Source: Acidobacteriota bacterium (lineage in GTDB: Bacteria; Acidobacteriota; Vicinamibacteria; Fen-336). From it: 64,000 nucleotides of DNA. The translations under genes and the position numbers were made by a program. The stretch lies in assembly GCA_022340585.1 (NCBI GenBank), contig JAJDNS010000190.1:4130-68129 (forward strand), written 5' to 3'. The notes under the pieces are model-generated. The model did not search any database, was not told the origin of the DNA, and saw only the letters and a program-made list of their open reading frames with translations. Shown here piece by piece: positions 8,454-16,842 of the stretch (position 1 is the first letter of the stretch; each line of letters begins with the position of its first letter).

Positions 8454-10634
8454 ATGGACACGGACGCGGGCGCACCCCCGCCGAAGGGAGTTGTCGCCGC
8501 CTGGGCCGTGCTGGGCCTCGCGCTTCTCCTCGCCTTCGGGGGCGCGGCGCGCTCGCCCGAAGGGACTCTCCTGGGGGCCCCGGGGCTCGTCGGGCTCGTG
8601 GTGGGCGCGTCAGCTCTGGCCCTCGGGATGGCCCGCGGAGGCTGGAGGGCGGGCGGCGTCGCCCTGGGCCTGCTCCCTCTCCTGGCCCTGATCCTCGCCG
8701 GGCTTCCCGTTCCGGGGGCCCGGGCTCTCACCGGGCCTCCCCTCTTCGCCCTGGGGCTGGCCGCCGCGGTGTTGATCGTGGGGAATCGAAAGGGCACGGG
8801 ACCGCCTTGGCTGTTCCTCGTCGTGGTCTTGGGCGTTCACCTCACCGCGGCCGGGCGCGTCCAGTCCCAGGTGGGGCCGAACGGCGATGAGCCCCACTAC
8901 CTCATGGTGGCGGACAGTCTCCTGCGGGACGGGGACGTCGCGGTGGAGAAGGACTACGAGGAAGGACGCTACCGCGCGTTCCACCCGAAGCCCCTCGCGC
9001 CTCACTACCGGGTCCGCGGCCGCGAGGGAGTGATCTACTCGCTGCACGCGGTGGGTCTGTCCCTCCTGATCCTTCCGGCGTACGCGCTGGGGGGATACGC
9101 CGGGGCCTCGTTCTTCATGGCGCTCCTGGGCGTCCTCGTGGCGTGGGAGATTCGGGGCCTGCTGAGGGACGTGCTGGGCGGGGCCGCCGGGGCCGGGGGC
9201 GAGGGCCTCCGGGCCGCCGACACGGTCGCGTGGGTCGTCGCCCTGTCACCACCCCTCGTCCACTTCGCCGGGCTCGTCTTCACCGAGGTTGCGGCGGCAC
9301 TCCTGGTCGTTCTCGTCCTGCGTCACGCGCGGGGTCTCCGGGACAAGCCCTGGTGGGTCGCCCTGGCCATGGGTGTCGCCACGGCTTTCCTGCCCTGGCT
9401 CAACGTCCGCTACGTGCCCATAGCGGGCCTGCTCCTTCTCTACGCGCTGTGGCAGAGGCCGCGGTGGCCCGGGGCGCTCGCCCTTCTCCTCGCGGCGGCG
9501 GGATCCGCGCTGGCCAGCGCCCTCTACCACTTCACCCTCTACGGGTTCTTCGACCCCACCCGGGTGTACGGTCGCCGCCACGACCTGGTCCTGGCCCGCA
9601 TCCCCGAGGGCGTGGGCGGGATCCTCTTCGATCAGGAGTTCGGCCTACTCGTGTACGCCCCGGTCCTGGCCCTCTCCCTCTTCGGGTTCGTCCTCCTGGT
9701 GAAGCGGGAGCGCGCCACCGGCCTCGCCTCCCTTGCCGTCACCCTGGCCACCCTGGGGGTGGCCGGCTCATGGATGATGTGGCGCGGCGGCTTCAACCCG
9801 GCGGCCCGTTTCCTGGTCCCGGTGATGCCGGCCCTGGCCCTGGCGGTCGGGGCGGCCCTGCCGCGGGGGTTCAACGCGCCCGCCGCCCTCCTGGCGGGGT
9901 GGAGCCTGTTCGCCGGCCTCGGTGGGGCACTGGAGCCTCGCCTCGTCCATCGCGACCGCGACGGGACCGCGCCCTTCTTCCGCGAGATGTCGGGCGCCGA
10001 GGAGTGGACGCGCCTCCTGCCGGGATACGTCCTGACCGAAACCGCCCGCGACAAGCGGCCGCTCACCGTGGTCTGGGGGCTCGCTCTCTTCGTGGCCATT
10101 CTCCCTCGCCGGCGGGGGCGAGAGGGCCCTCCAAGGGAAGGGGCCGGGCGGCTGGCCCTGGCCGCCGCGGGACTGCTGATGGCCACCGGGGCAGCCTCGG
10201 TGGTGTCGCACGGGCGCACCGGCGGGCGCGATGCGGTGCGCGTGATCGGACGGCCGGCGGTCGAGGTGCCCGGCTGGAAGCCGACGTCCGACGCCGCCGC
10301 GGTCTGGGGGGCGGAGGCCCTGCCCTGGGGCCCCGTCTACGAGCCCCACCGGCACCCCGAGGGCGCCGTGCTCGGAGCCCGGCTGCCTCTCCCGGCGGGC
10401 CGGTATTCCCTTCGGCTGCGAGGGGACCGCTACGGCCCCTCGCTCCCGGCGCTCAGCGTCCAGGACTCGCCGGCCCACGAGCCGAAGCCGGTGGGGGCTC
10501 TCCGCCCCGACGCCGATGGCCTGGCCGGCGAGGTCGTGGTGCCTCCGGGACAACGCGAGACCACGCTGCGGATGGCTGGCGGCGACCCCCTGCGTCTCGA
10601 CTCCGTGGAGCTGCGTCTCACCGGCGAGTCTTGA
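8454..10634 (+). CDS. large polytopic membrane protein, GT-C-like (ArnT/PMT-type), with ~150-aa C-terminal soluble domain
   Basis: It has at least 10 hydrophobic helices. The loop motif GPNGDEPHYLMVADSLLRDGDVAVEKDY resembles the acidic first-loop motif of GT-C enzymes. The C-terminal region is beta-rich (RYSLRLRGDRYGP...LDSVELRL). Confidence 0.65.
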   Translation: MDTDAGAPPPKGVVAAWAVLGLALLLAFGGAARSPEGTLLGAPGLVGLVVGASALALGMARGGWRAGGVALGLLPLLALILAGLPVPGARALTGPPLFALGLAAAVLIVGNRKGTGPPWLFLVVVLGVHLTAAGRVQSQVGPNGDEPHYLMVADSLLRDGDVAVEKDYEEGRYRAFHPKPLAPHYRVRGREGVIYSLHAVGLSLLILPAYALGGYAGASFFMALLGVLVAWEIRGLLRDVLGGAAGAGGEGLRAADTVAWVVALSPPLVHFAGLVFTEVAAALLVVLVLRHARGLRDKPWWVALAMGVATAFLPWLNVRYVPIAGLLLLYALWQRPRWPGALALLLAAAGSALASALYHFTLYGFFDPTRVYGRRHDLVLARIPEGVGGILFDQEFGLLVYAPVLALSLFGFVLLVKRERATGLASLAVTLATLGVAGSWMMWRGGFNPAARFLVPVMPALALAVGAALPRGFNAPAALLAGWSLFAGLGGALEPRLVHRDRDGTAPFFREMSGAEEWTRLLPGYVLTETARDKRPLTVVWGLALFVAILPRRRGREGPPREGAGRLALAAAGLLMATGAASVVSHGRTGGRDAVRVIGRPAVEVPGWKPTSDAAAVWGAEALPWGPVYEPHRHPEGAVLGARLPLPAGRYSLRLRGDRYGPSLPALSVQDSPAHEPKPVGALRPDADGLAGEVVVPPGQRETTLRMAGGDPLRLDSVELRLTGES

Positions 10635-10662
10635 CCCGGGACCGTCCGCTCCCCGCGCCGCC

Positions 10663-12414
10663 CTATCGCCAGGGGAAGTCGCGACCCGGGTACAGCTCCT
10701 CGGGATCCACCTTCCGGTCGAGCCGGAGCAGGACCGGCTTCATCAGGTCCAGGCGCTCGTAGCCCACCCCGATCCCCGCGAGCCGGCGTTCCAGCCTCCG
10801 GGCCGCGGTGCGGTTGACGGTGATGAGGGCGGCCTCGGGTGCGGCCTCCACGCGGCGGCGGTAGTCGAAGATGTACTCCGTGGTGAAGGGGCCGAGCTTG
10901 GCCGAGCAGATCACCCGCTGGCCCGAGAGGAAGTTGATCCGGGTGGCGAGATGGAAGTCGGTGTAGCAGTGCCGGACGCCCTCGGTTTCGAGCCGCTCCA
11001 CGAAGCCCCGCCACCGCGCGTCCCGGCGCGCCGTGCCCGGGAGCTGGGAGAGGTTGGCCATGGCCGAGACCGCGATGAGGATCGCCAGCAAGGCGCGTCG
11101 CCACCCGGTCCCGAACGCGTCGGCCATGAACGCGGGCAGCACCGACATGAGCGTGATGAGGTACCGCGGGTTTCCTGGCACGTGGGACAGGGCCACGAGG
11201 GCGACCGCGACGTTGACAGCCACGAAGAGGAGCAGCACGGCGAGGGCGGCCGACCGTCTGCGGATGGCGAGCGCGACGGCCCGGAAGAGCGCGGCGGCGG
11301 CGACGGCCACTCCCAGCCAGCCCACCACCACGAAGAGCCGGTCGAGAGCCACCCCGTACCCCTGGTCGTAGCCCATGAGGATGGGCAGGTCACCGGCGAC
11401 CAGCGCCACCCCCTTCTCGCCGAGACCCTGGAGGACACCGCGGACGCTGGGTTCAACGCCGCGGGCCGTGCCGGGAATGAAGTTCTCGAAGGAGCGCCAC
11501 TCGTTCGCGGCGTTCCACAGCAGGGCCGGCGCCGCGCCGAGACCCCAGCCCGCGGCCAGGGCCCCGAGCGAACGGGGAGCCTGCCGGCCACCAAGGACCA
11601 CGAACGCGAGGCCGACGGCGGCCAGGTGGATCACCGCGAAGATGTGCAGCCAGAAGGCGAGACCGAGCAGAAGGCCGACGACGAGAGCGAGAAGGGGCCG
11701 CCGGTCCCACTCCCGCGTCCATCGGGCCGCCAGCCAGAAGGCCCAAGTGCCGAGGGCAAGCAGCTCGACGTAGGTGCCGTCGTTGCTGAGGCTGTAGCGG
11801 TTGATGAAGACCGGCGGGAAGGCCGCATAGAGCCCGGCGAGGACCGCGGCCCGGCCGTCGAAGAGCCAGGCGGTCAAGCGGTAGAGGCCGGCCACGAAGA
11901 GGGCATAGAAGAGGACAGAGACCAGGGCGAAGGCCCGGGCCGGGTCCATGACCGCGGCCAGGGGGGCGACCAGCAGCGACTTGAGGGTGCCACCGTAGGG
12001 CTGGCTGGGGATGAAGACCGGGCGCTCGACCCCTTCGAGGAGGCGCAGCGTGACGTTGCCGTAGAGGGTCCCGTCCGGGGTCATCACCGCGGCCGCGCCG
12101 TGGGTGACGAACGGGAGGCGCGCGAACACAGAGAGAGCGACGACGAGGAGAAGGCCGGCCAGAAGCGGACGGGCCAGGGGCGTTCCGACGAGGGCGGGCC
12201 AGCGAGTGAGAAGCCAGCCGGCGAGCAGGACGAGGCAGGGGACCAGCAGGGCCCAGGAAGGCAGGGTGGCGAGCGCGGCCGGACGCCACGGCGCACACAC
12301 GTCGAAGAAACGCAGGCACCACGCGAGCCAGAGCACGGCGGCACCGGCGCCGGCGATCGAGGCCACCGGGACCCGGCTCGGAGGGCCGTAGAACGCTTCT
12401 TCGGGGATGGGCAT
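10663..12414 (-). CDS. large polytopic membrane protein, GT-C-like (PMT_2/ArnT-type)
   Basis: Inner ATG 12414 (aa 53 of ORF 10663..12570) starts MPIPEEAFYG. There are many TM helices. The loop TPDGTLYGNVTLRLLEG...IPSQPYGGTL resembles family-39-type glycosyltransferases. The C-terminal ~110 aa are soluble. Confidence 0.6.
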   Translation of the reverse strand: MPIPEEAFYGPPSRVPVASIAGAGAAVLWLAWCLRFFDVCAPWRPAALATLPSWALLVPCLVLLAGWLLTRWPALVGTPLARPLLAGLLLVVALSVFARLPFVTHGAAAVMTPDGTLYGNVTLRLLEGVERPVFIPSQPYGGTLKSLLVAPLAAVMDPARAFALVSVLFYALFVAGLYRLTAWLFDGRAAVLAGLYAAFPPVFINRYSLSNDGTYVELLALGTWAFWLAARWTREWDRRPLLALVVGLLLGLAFWLHIFAVIHLAAVGLAFVVLGGRQAPRSLGALAAGWGLGAAPALLWNAANEWRSFENFIPGTARGVEPSVRGVLQGLGEKGVALVAGDLPILMGYDQGYGVALDRLFVVVGWLGVAVAAAALFRAVALAIRRRSAALAVLLLFVAVNVAVALVALSHVPGNPRYLITLMSVLPAFMADAFGTGWRRALLAILIAVSAMANLSQLPGTARRDARWRGFVERLETEGVRHCYTDFHLATRINFLSGQRVICSAKLGPFTTEYIFDYRRRVEAAPEAALITVNRTAARRLERRLAGIGVGYERLDLMKPVLLRLDRKVDPEELYPGRDFPWR

Positions 12415-12425
12415 GCGCTCGGGAG

Positions 12426-12431
12426 AGGCTA
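12426..12431 (-). promoter_or_regulatory. extended -10-like TGcTAGCCT, 11 nt upstream of ATG 12414
   Basis: Minus strand reads gtgcTAGCCTctcccgagcgcATG, in the divergent 82-bp intergenic region. Confidence 0.35.
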
Positions 12432-12481
12432 GCACGCCCGCGTCGACCCGGCAGCACGGGGGCGGATGGCAGGCGACGGGG

Positions 12482-12487
12482 TAGAAT
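12482..12487 (+). promoter_or_regulatory. -10-like TAGAAT, 9 nt upstream of TTG 12497
   Basis: ggggTAGAATccgcgggtcTTGcgt. No Shine-Dalgarno sequence. Confidence 0.4.
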
Positions 12488-12496
12488 CCGCGGGTC

Positions 12497-15139
12497 TTGC
12501 GTCGCGTGGTCTCCCTCGCTGCCCGTGCGGGTGCCGCCCTCTGCGTCGTGCTCATGGCGCTCGCGGTCACCCGCTGGGCTCCCGTTCACGCCGAGCCGCC
12601 CCTCGACGTCCGGGCCCTGCCAATCGCCCCGTGGGCCCTGGGGTTCGCTGCCGTTGCCGCCCTGACCGGTGGCTCGCGGCGGCCGGGCCCGTGGCGCCGG
12701 GTGGCCCTCCTGCTGGCGGTGGCCGTGGGGACGCTCGCGTTGACCGTGGCCGCGCGGAGCCCCGCCGGGCTCTCCGCCGTCGTCTCCACCGGCGGCGCGG
12801 AGGTGGGCCGCACGGTGCCGGGGCCGATCGACATCGTCGGACGTGACCTGCGGCGCTTCGACCTCCGGCGGCTCACCCTGGATTGGGCGGGGGAGCTGCG
12901 CGTGCCCGAATCGGGACGGTACCTTCTTCATCTCGACGGTCGCGGCGGCGCCCAGGTGAGCGTGGGGGAGTGGCCGGTTCTCGACGCTTCCGGTGAGACG
13001 TTCTCGGGCGAGAGCGAGATCGCCCTGGGCCGGGGGGCGACGCCTCTCGAGGTGCACCTGGAGTTCCGGGGGCGGGGGCCGCGGCTGAGTCTGGGCTGGA
13101 CGCGGCCCGACGGGCGCCGCGAGATCATCCCGCCCCGCTACCTCGGACCGCCCATCGGCGGCTGGCAGTGGGCGCTCACCGATCTCCTGGCCCTCGGCGC
13201 GGCCCTGCTGGCGGGGCTGCTCGTCTTCCTCGCGCCCTGGGACGAGCCCCGGCGGCTCCCCCTGCCCCGGCCGGTCACGGGCCCCGAAATCGCCTCCGCG
13301 AGCGTAGGCTACGTTCTCCTGCTCGCGGCCATGAGCTGGCCGCTCGTCCGGGACCTCGCGCACGCCGGGCCGCTTTATCGCCCGGACGGGCGCCTCAATG
13401 CCTGGATCCTGGGCTGGGGCGGGCACGCGCTGTGGACCGAGCCCTGGCGGGTCTTCCAGGCCCCGTCGTTCCATCCACTGCCCGACACGCTGGCCTTCTC
13501 CGAGAGCATGCTCCTACCCGCGGCCCTCGCCGAGCCGGCCCAGGTTCTCGGCGGTCCCGTCCTCGCCTACAACCTCGTCTTCCTGGCGAGCCTCCTGTTC
13601 TCCGGACTCGGGACCTACCTCCTGGTCCGCCGGGGCGGAGGGGACCGCCTGGCCGCGTTCGCGGGGGGGGCCTTCTTTGCCGCCGGGCCCCACCGCTGGA
13701 CGCGCCTGCCCCACATCCAGGCGCAGGTGACGGCCTTTCTACCCTTCGCGCTGCTGGCCCTCGACCGCTTCTGGGAGCGGCGGACGCTTCGGCGGGCCCT
13801 GGTGGTGGGGCTGCTGGTGGCCCTCCAGGGGCTGAGCTCGGTGTACCTGGGCGCGATCACCGCCGTCGCGGTGACGGTGGCGGTGGCGGTGGGTCTCTTC
13901 GGAGGCCTTCGCCCCCGCGACCTGGGCCGCCTCGCCGCCGGCTTCCTGCTGGCCGCGGTGATCCTGTGGCCCATGGCCCGTCCGTACTTCCGGATGCGCG
14001 CCTTCCAGGGACAGGAGTTCCACCTCCAGGACGTCGCCGCCGCCGCCGCCACGCTGCCCTCCTACGCCGCATCGGGGACGCACCTGTGGGGAGACGTGAC
14101 GGGAAGGCAGCTCGAGCCCGGGCAGGCGACCGACGTGCTCTTTCCCGGACTCGTGGTCCTGGTCCTGGCTCTCTTCGGACTCGCGGTGGCGCCCCGACGC
14201 TACCGAGCGGTGGGCCTGGCCCTCATCGTGGTCGCTGTCGTCTTCTCCCTCGGCCCGGCCACCGCCGTGTACCGCTGGCTTCACGAGCACGTCGTGCTGA
14301 TCCGGGCCGTGCGGGTGCTGACCCGGTTCGCCCTCATCCCGTTCCTGGTCCTCGCGGTGCTGGCCGGCCTCGCCCTCACCGGCCGGCGTCGCCTCGCCGT
14401 TCTCCTGGCCCTGATCGGGATGATGGCGGAGTCGTCCAACCTGCCCCTGCGTCTCTCGCGGGAGGGCGGGCCCCCGCCGGCCGCCCGGTGGCTCGCGGGC
14501 CGGGAGGGGGCGGTGGTCTACCTTCCGGTGGGCGAGGGCGACACCCAGGCCCTCCTCGACGGCCTGGCCCACCTCCGGCCCCTGGTGAACGGCGGCGGCG
14601 CGTTCATGCCCCGCTCCTACGACCGGGCGCTCGACATGCTCGGGGGCACCACCCTGGACGACGAGGGTCTCCGCTTCCTCCGCGCCGTCGATGTCCGGCA
14701 CGTCGTTTCCCGCCAGCCCCTGGAGCTGCCCGTCGCCGCGGCCTTCCCGGAGGAGACGGTCTACGAGGTGCCCGACGGACCCGCGGCGGCCCCGGTGACC
14801 GCCGGAGTGCCGGTCTCCACGCGCTGGGACGCGACCTGGGTGAGCGTCGATCTCGGAGAGGTCCGGCCCGTGAGCGGCCTCGTGTTCGAGCTGGGCGACG
14901 GTCCCTGGAACGAGAGCCCCCGCGTCGCGGCCTCCCGCGATGGCCAGACGTTCGAGGAGGTGAAGGCCCGGGCGAGCCTCGCCGACGCGACGGTCTCGCT
15001 GTATCGCGATCCGCGGCGCGGACGGGGACACGTGCTCTTCGCCCCGCTGCCGGCCCGCATCCTGCGGATCGAACGGGCCTTTCCCATTCGCCCGGGGGTC
15101 CTCGAGGTCGTTCCGGGCACCGGCCCGGGCCCGCGGTAG
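12497..15139 (+). CDS. 880-aa membrane protein: N-terminal TM helices + PA14-like domain + polytopic GT-C-like core + C-terminal discoidin (F5/8 type C)-like domain
   Basis: PA14-like segment: LDWAGELRVPESGRYLLHLDGRGGAQVSVGEW...LEVHLEFRGRGPRLSLGW. Core motifs are shared with 16809..18794 and 18929..21274 (PDTLAFSESMLLPA, GLGTYLLVRR, HLRPLVNGGGAFMP). The C-terminus has WVSVDLGEVRPVSGLVFELGDGPW...SRDGQTFEEV. Confidence 0.7.
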   Translation: MRRVVSLAARAGAALCVVLMALAVTRWAPVHAEPPLDVRALPIAPWALGFAAVAALTGGSRRPGPWRRVALLLAVAVGTLALTVAARSPAGLSAVVSTGGAEVGRTVPGPIDIVGRDLRRFDLRRLTLDWAGELRVPESGRYLLHLDGRGGAQVSVGEWPVLDASGETFSGESEIALGRGATPLEVHLEFRGRGPRLSLGWTRPDGRREIIPPRYLGPPIGGWQWALTDLLALGAALLAGLLVFLAPWDEPRRLPLPRPVTGPEIASASVGYVLLLAAMSWPLVRDLAHAGPLYRPDGRLNAWILGWGGHALWTEPWRVFQAPSFHPLPDTLAFSESMLLPAALAEPAQVLGGPVLAYNLVFLASLLFSGLGTYLLVRRGGGDRLAAFAGGAFFAAGPHRWTRLPHIQAQVTAFLPFALLALDRFWERRTLRRALVVGLLVALQGLSSVYLGAITAVAVTVAVAVGLFGGLRPRDLGRLAAGFLLAAVILWPMARPYFRMRAFQGQEFHLQDVAAAAATLPSYAASGTHLWGDVTGRQLEPGQATDVLFPGLVVLVLALFGLAVAPRRYRAVGLALIVVAVVFSLGPATAVYRWLHEHVVLIRAVRVLTRFALIPFLVLAVLAGLALTGRRRLAVLLALIGMMAESSNLPLRLSREGGPPPAARWLAGREGAVVYLPVGEGDTQALLDGLAHLRPLVNGGGAFMPRSYDRALDMLGGTTLDDEGLRFLRAVDVRHVVSRQPLELPVAAAFPEETVYEVPDGPAAAPVTAGVPVSTRWDATWVSVDLGEVRPVSGLVFELGDGPWNESPRVAASRDGQTFEEVKARASLADATVSLYRDPRRGRGHVLFAPLPARILRIERAFPIRPGVLEVVPGTGPGPR

Positions 15140-15142
15140 AAT
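15137..15142 (+). promoter_or_regulatory. -10-like TAGAAT overlapping the TAG stop of the preceding gene, 23 nt upstream of ATG 15166
   Basis: cgcggTAGAATcccactcttccgagcgaaacgagATG. Confidence 0.25.
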
Positions 15143-15165
15143 CCCACTCTTCCGAGCGAAACGAG

Positions 15166-16842
15166 ATGGGGCCAGACACCTCCGTCGCCACGCCCGACCC
15201 GAGGGACGAGAACCGTCTCGTTCTCTGGGCCTACCGCCTCTTCCCCGTTCTCCTGCTTCCCCTGATGCTCGTCCTGTCGAGGGACTTCGGCATCACCTGG
15301 GACGAGAGGACCCACCAGCAGTACGGGCAGCGGGTCTGGGCCTTTCTCGCCGAGGGGAAGGACAACAACTGGTTCCGACCCGGGCTCGTGTACATGTACC
15401 TGCACGGGGGGCTGTTCGACGCCTTGTGCATCGGAGCCGAGAAGGTCCTGAAGGGCGACCTCTGGACGAACCGCCACTACGTGAACGCCTTCTTCGGGTG
15501 GCTCGGAGTCGTCTCCGCCGGGGGCATTGGACGGATGCTGGGGGGGGCGGGCACCGGCCTGCTGGCCATGGTCCTCCTCGTGGTGTCGCCGCGCTTCTTC
15601 GCCGACGCCATGGCCAACCCGAAGGACATCCCCTTCGCGGCCCTGGCGACGGCGACCCTGTACTTCCTCCTCCGCCTCGATCCCCGGTACCCGTTCCTGA
15701 GATGGCCGCTGGCGATCCCGACCGCCATCTCGATCGGCCTGGCGCTGAACGTGCGGGCCGGGGCGGTGCTGTTCCTCGCCTACCTCGCCCTCGCCCTCGG
15801 CGCCCTGACTCTCGCGCGCCGCGAGCTCTCGCCCCGCCGGCTCGCTGCCACCGGGGCGCGGTGGCTGGTGGTGAGCGTGGCCGCCCTCTTCATCGGGTCG
15901 GCCTTCTGGCCGTGGGCGCGTGGATCCCCGCTCACCCGACCCTTCGAAGCAGTGAGACGACTCTCGGAGTTCGACTGGACCCACCACCTGCTCTACAACG
16001 GGGCCGACATCACCGGGGACACCCTGCCCTGGGACTACGTGCCCCGCTGGGCCTTGATCGGGACGCCCCCGGTGGTCCTCCTGGGGGCGGCACTGGCCCT
16101 CCTGATGCTGCTCCACCCGCGCACGCGGGGGCGGTGGCGGCTGCTGGCGGTGTGGGGGGCCACGCTGTTCCCGGCGGTCTACGTGGTCGTCTCCCACGCC
16201 ACGATCTACGACGGGATCCGGCACCTGCTCTTCACCTACCTGCCCCTCGTGGCGCTGGCAGGGTGGGCCTGGGTCGAGCTGCTACGGAGCCGGCGGCGGG
16301 CCCTGAGTATCCTCACCGGCGGGGTGCTCGTCCTCGGGCTCCTGGAGCCGGTGGTCTTCCAGTGGCGCAACCACCCGCACCAGGCCGTCTACTTCAACTT
16401 CCTCGTCGGCGGACCCCGCGGCGCCTTCGGCCGGTTCGAGATGGACTACTGGGGCGTGAGCGTTCGCGACGCGGTGCAGTGGGTGGGCCGGGCCGCCGAC
16501 GCCGCCGGCACTCCCCTCGTCGTCTCCGGTCACCCGCACCAGATCGTGCGTGACGAGAGCCGACGGATCAAGGGGCTGGACTACAACCGGATCGAGAAAC
16601 AGGACCACCACGTCGAGGTGGTGCTGCTTCGCGGTCCCCGGGCCGACGTCATGGAGCTGGCCGAGCGGACCGACGCCCTGTACCGGGTCTCCACCGCCGA
16701 CGGGACCCCCCTCACCGTCGTGGTCCCGGGGCCGCGCTACGGCGAGGTCGAGGACGCCCTCGGTGTCGCTCTCGAGAGGGCGCCCCGGGACGTGGCTCGC
16801 GCGGCGTCCTACTCGAGAGGTCGGGCGGCGGGCAGGGAGTAG
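15166..16842 (+). CDS. polytopic membrane protein, GT-C-like (family 39/ArnT-PMT-type)
   Basis: In-frame ATG inside ORF 13168..16842; the upstream part is Arg/Pro/Gly junk overlapping the previous gene. Motifs: GITWDERTHQQYG (acidic first loop), NPKDIPFAAL, IYDGIRHLLF, EMDYWGVS. The C-terminal ~120 aa are soluble. Confidence 0.7.
   Translation: MGPDTSVATPDPRDENRLVLWAYRLFPVLLLPLMLVLSRDFGITWDERTHQQYGQRVWAFLAEGKDNNWFRPGLVYMYLHGGLFDALCIGAEKVLKGDLWTNRHYVNAFFGWLGVVSAGGIGRMLGGAGTGLLAMVLLVVSPRFFADAMANPKDIPFAALATATLYFLLRLDPRYPFLRWPLAIPTAISIGLALNVRAGAVLFLAYLALALGALTLARRELSPRRLAATGARWLVVSVAALFIGSAFWPWARGSPLTRPFEAVRRLSEFDWTHHLLYNGADITGDTLPWDYVPRWALIGTPPVVLLGAALALLMLLHPRTRGRWRLLAVWGATLFPAVYVVVSHATIYDGIRHLLFTYLPLVALAGWAWVELLRSRRRALSILTGGVLVLGLLEPVVFQWRNHPHQAVYFNFLVGGPRGAFGRFEMDYWGVSVRDAVQWVGRAADAAGTPLVVSGHPHQIVRDESRRIKGLDYNRIEKQDHHVEVVLLRGPRADVMELAERTDALYRVSTADGTPLTVVVPGPRYGEVEDALGVALERAPRDVARAASYSRGRAAGRE

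Noticed and set aside
5918-8797. 959-aa minus-strand ORF across the second sulfatase-fold gene
   Set aside because: It is antisense to a gene with clear catalytic motifs and a full-length paralog. Its composition is Arg/Pro/Gly/Glu-biased and it has no motifs.
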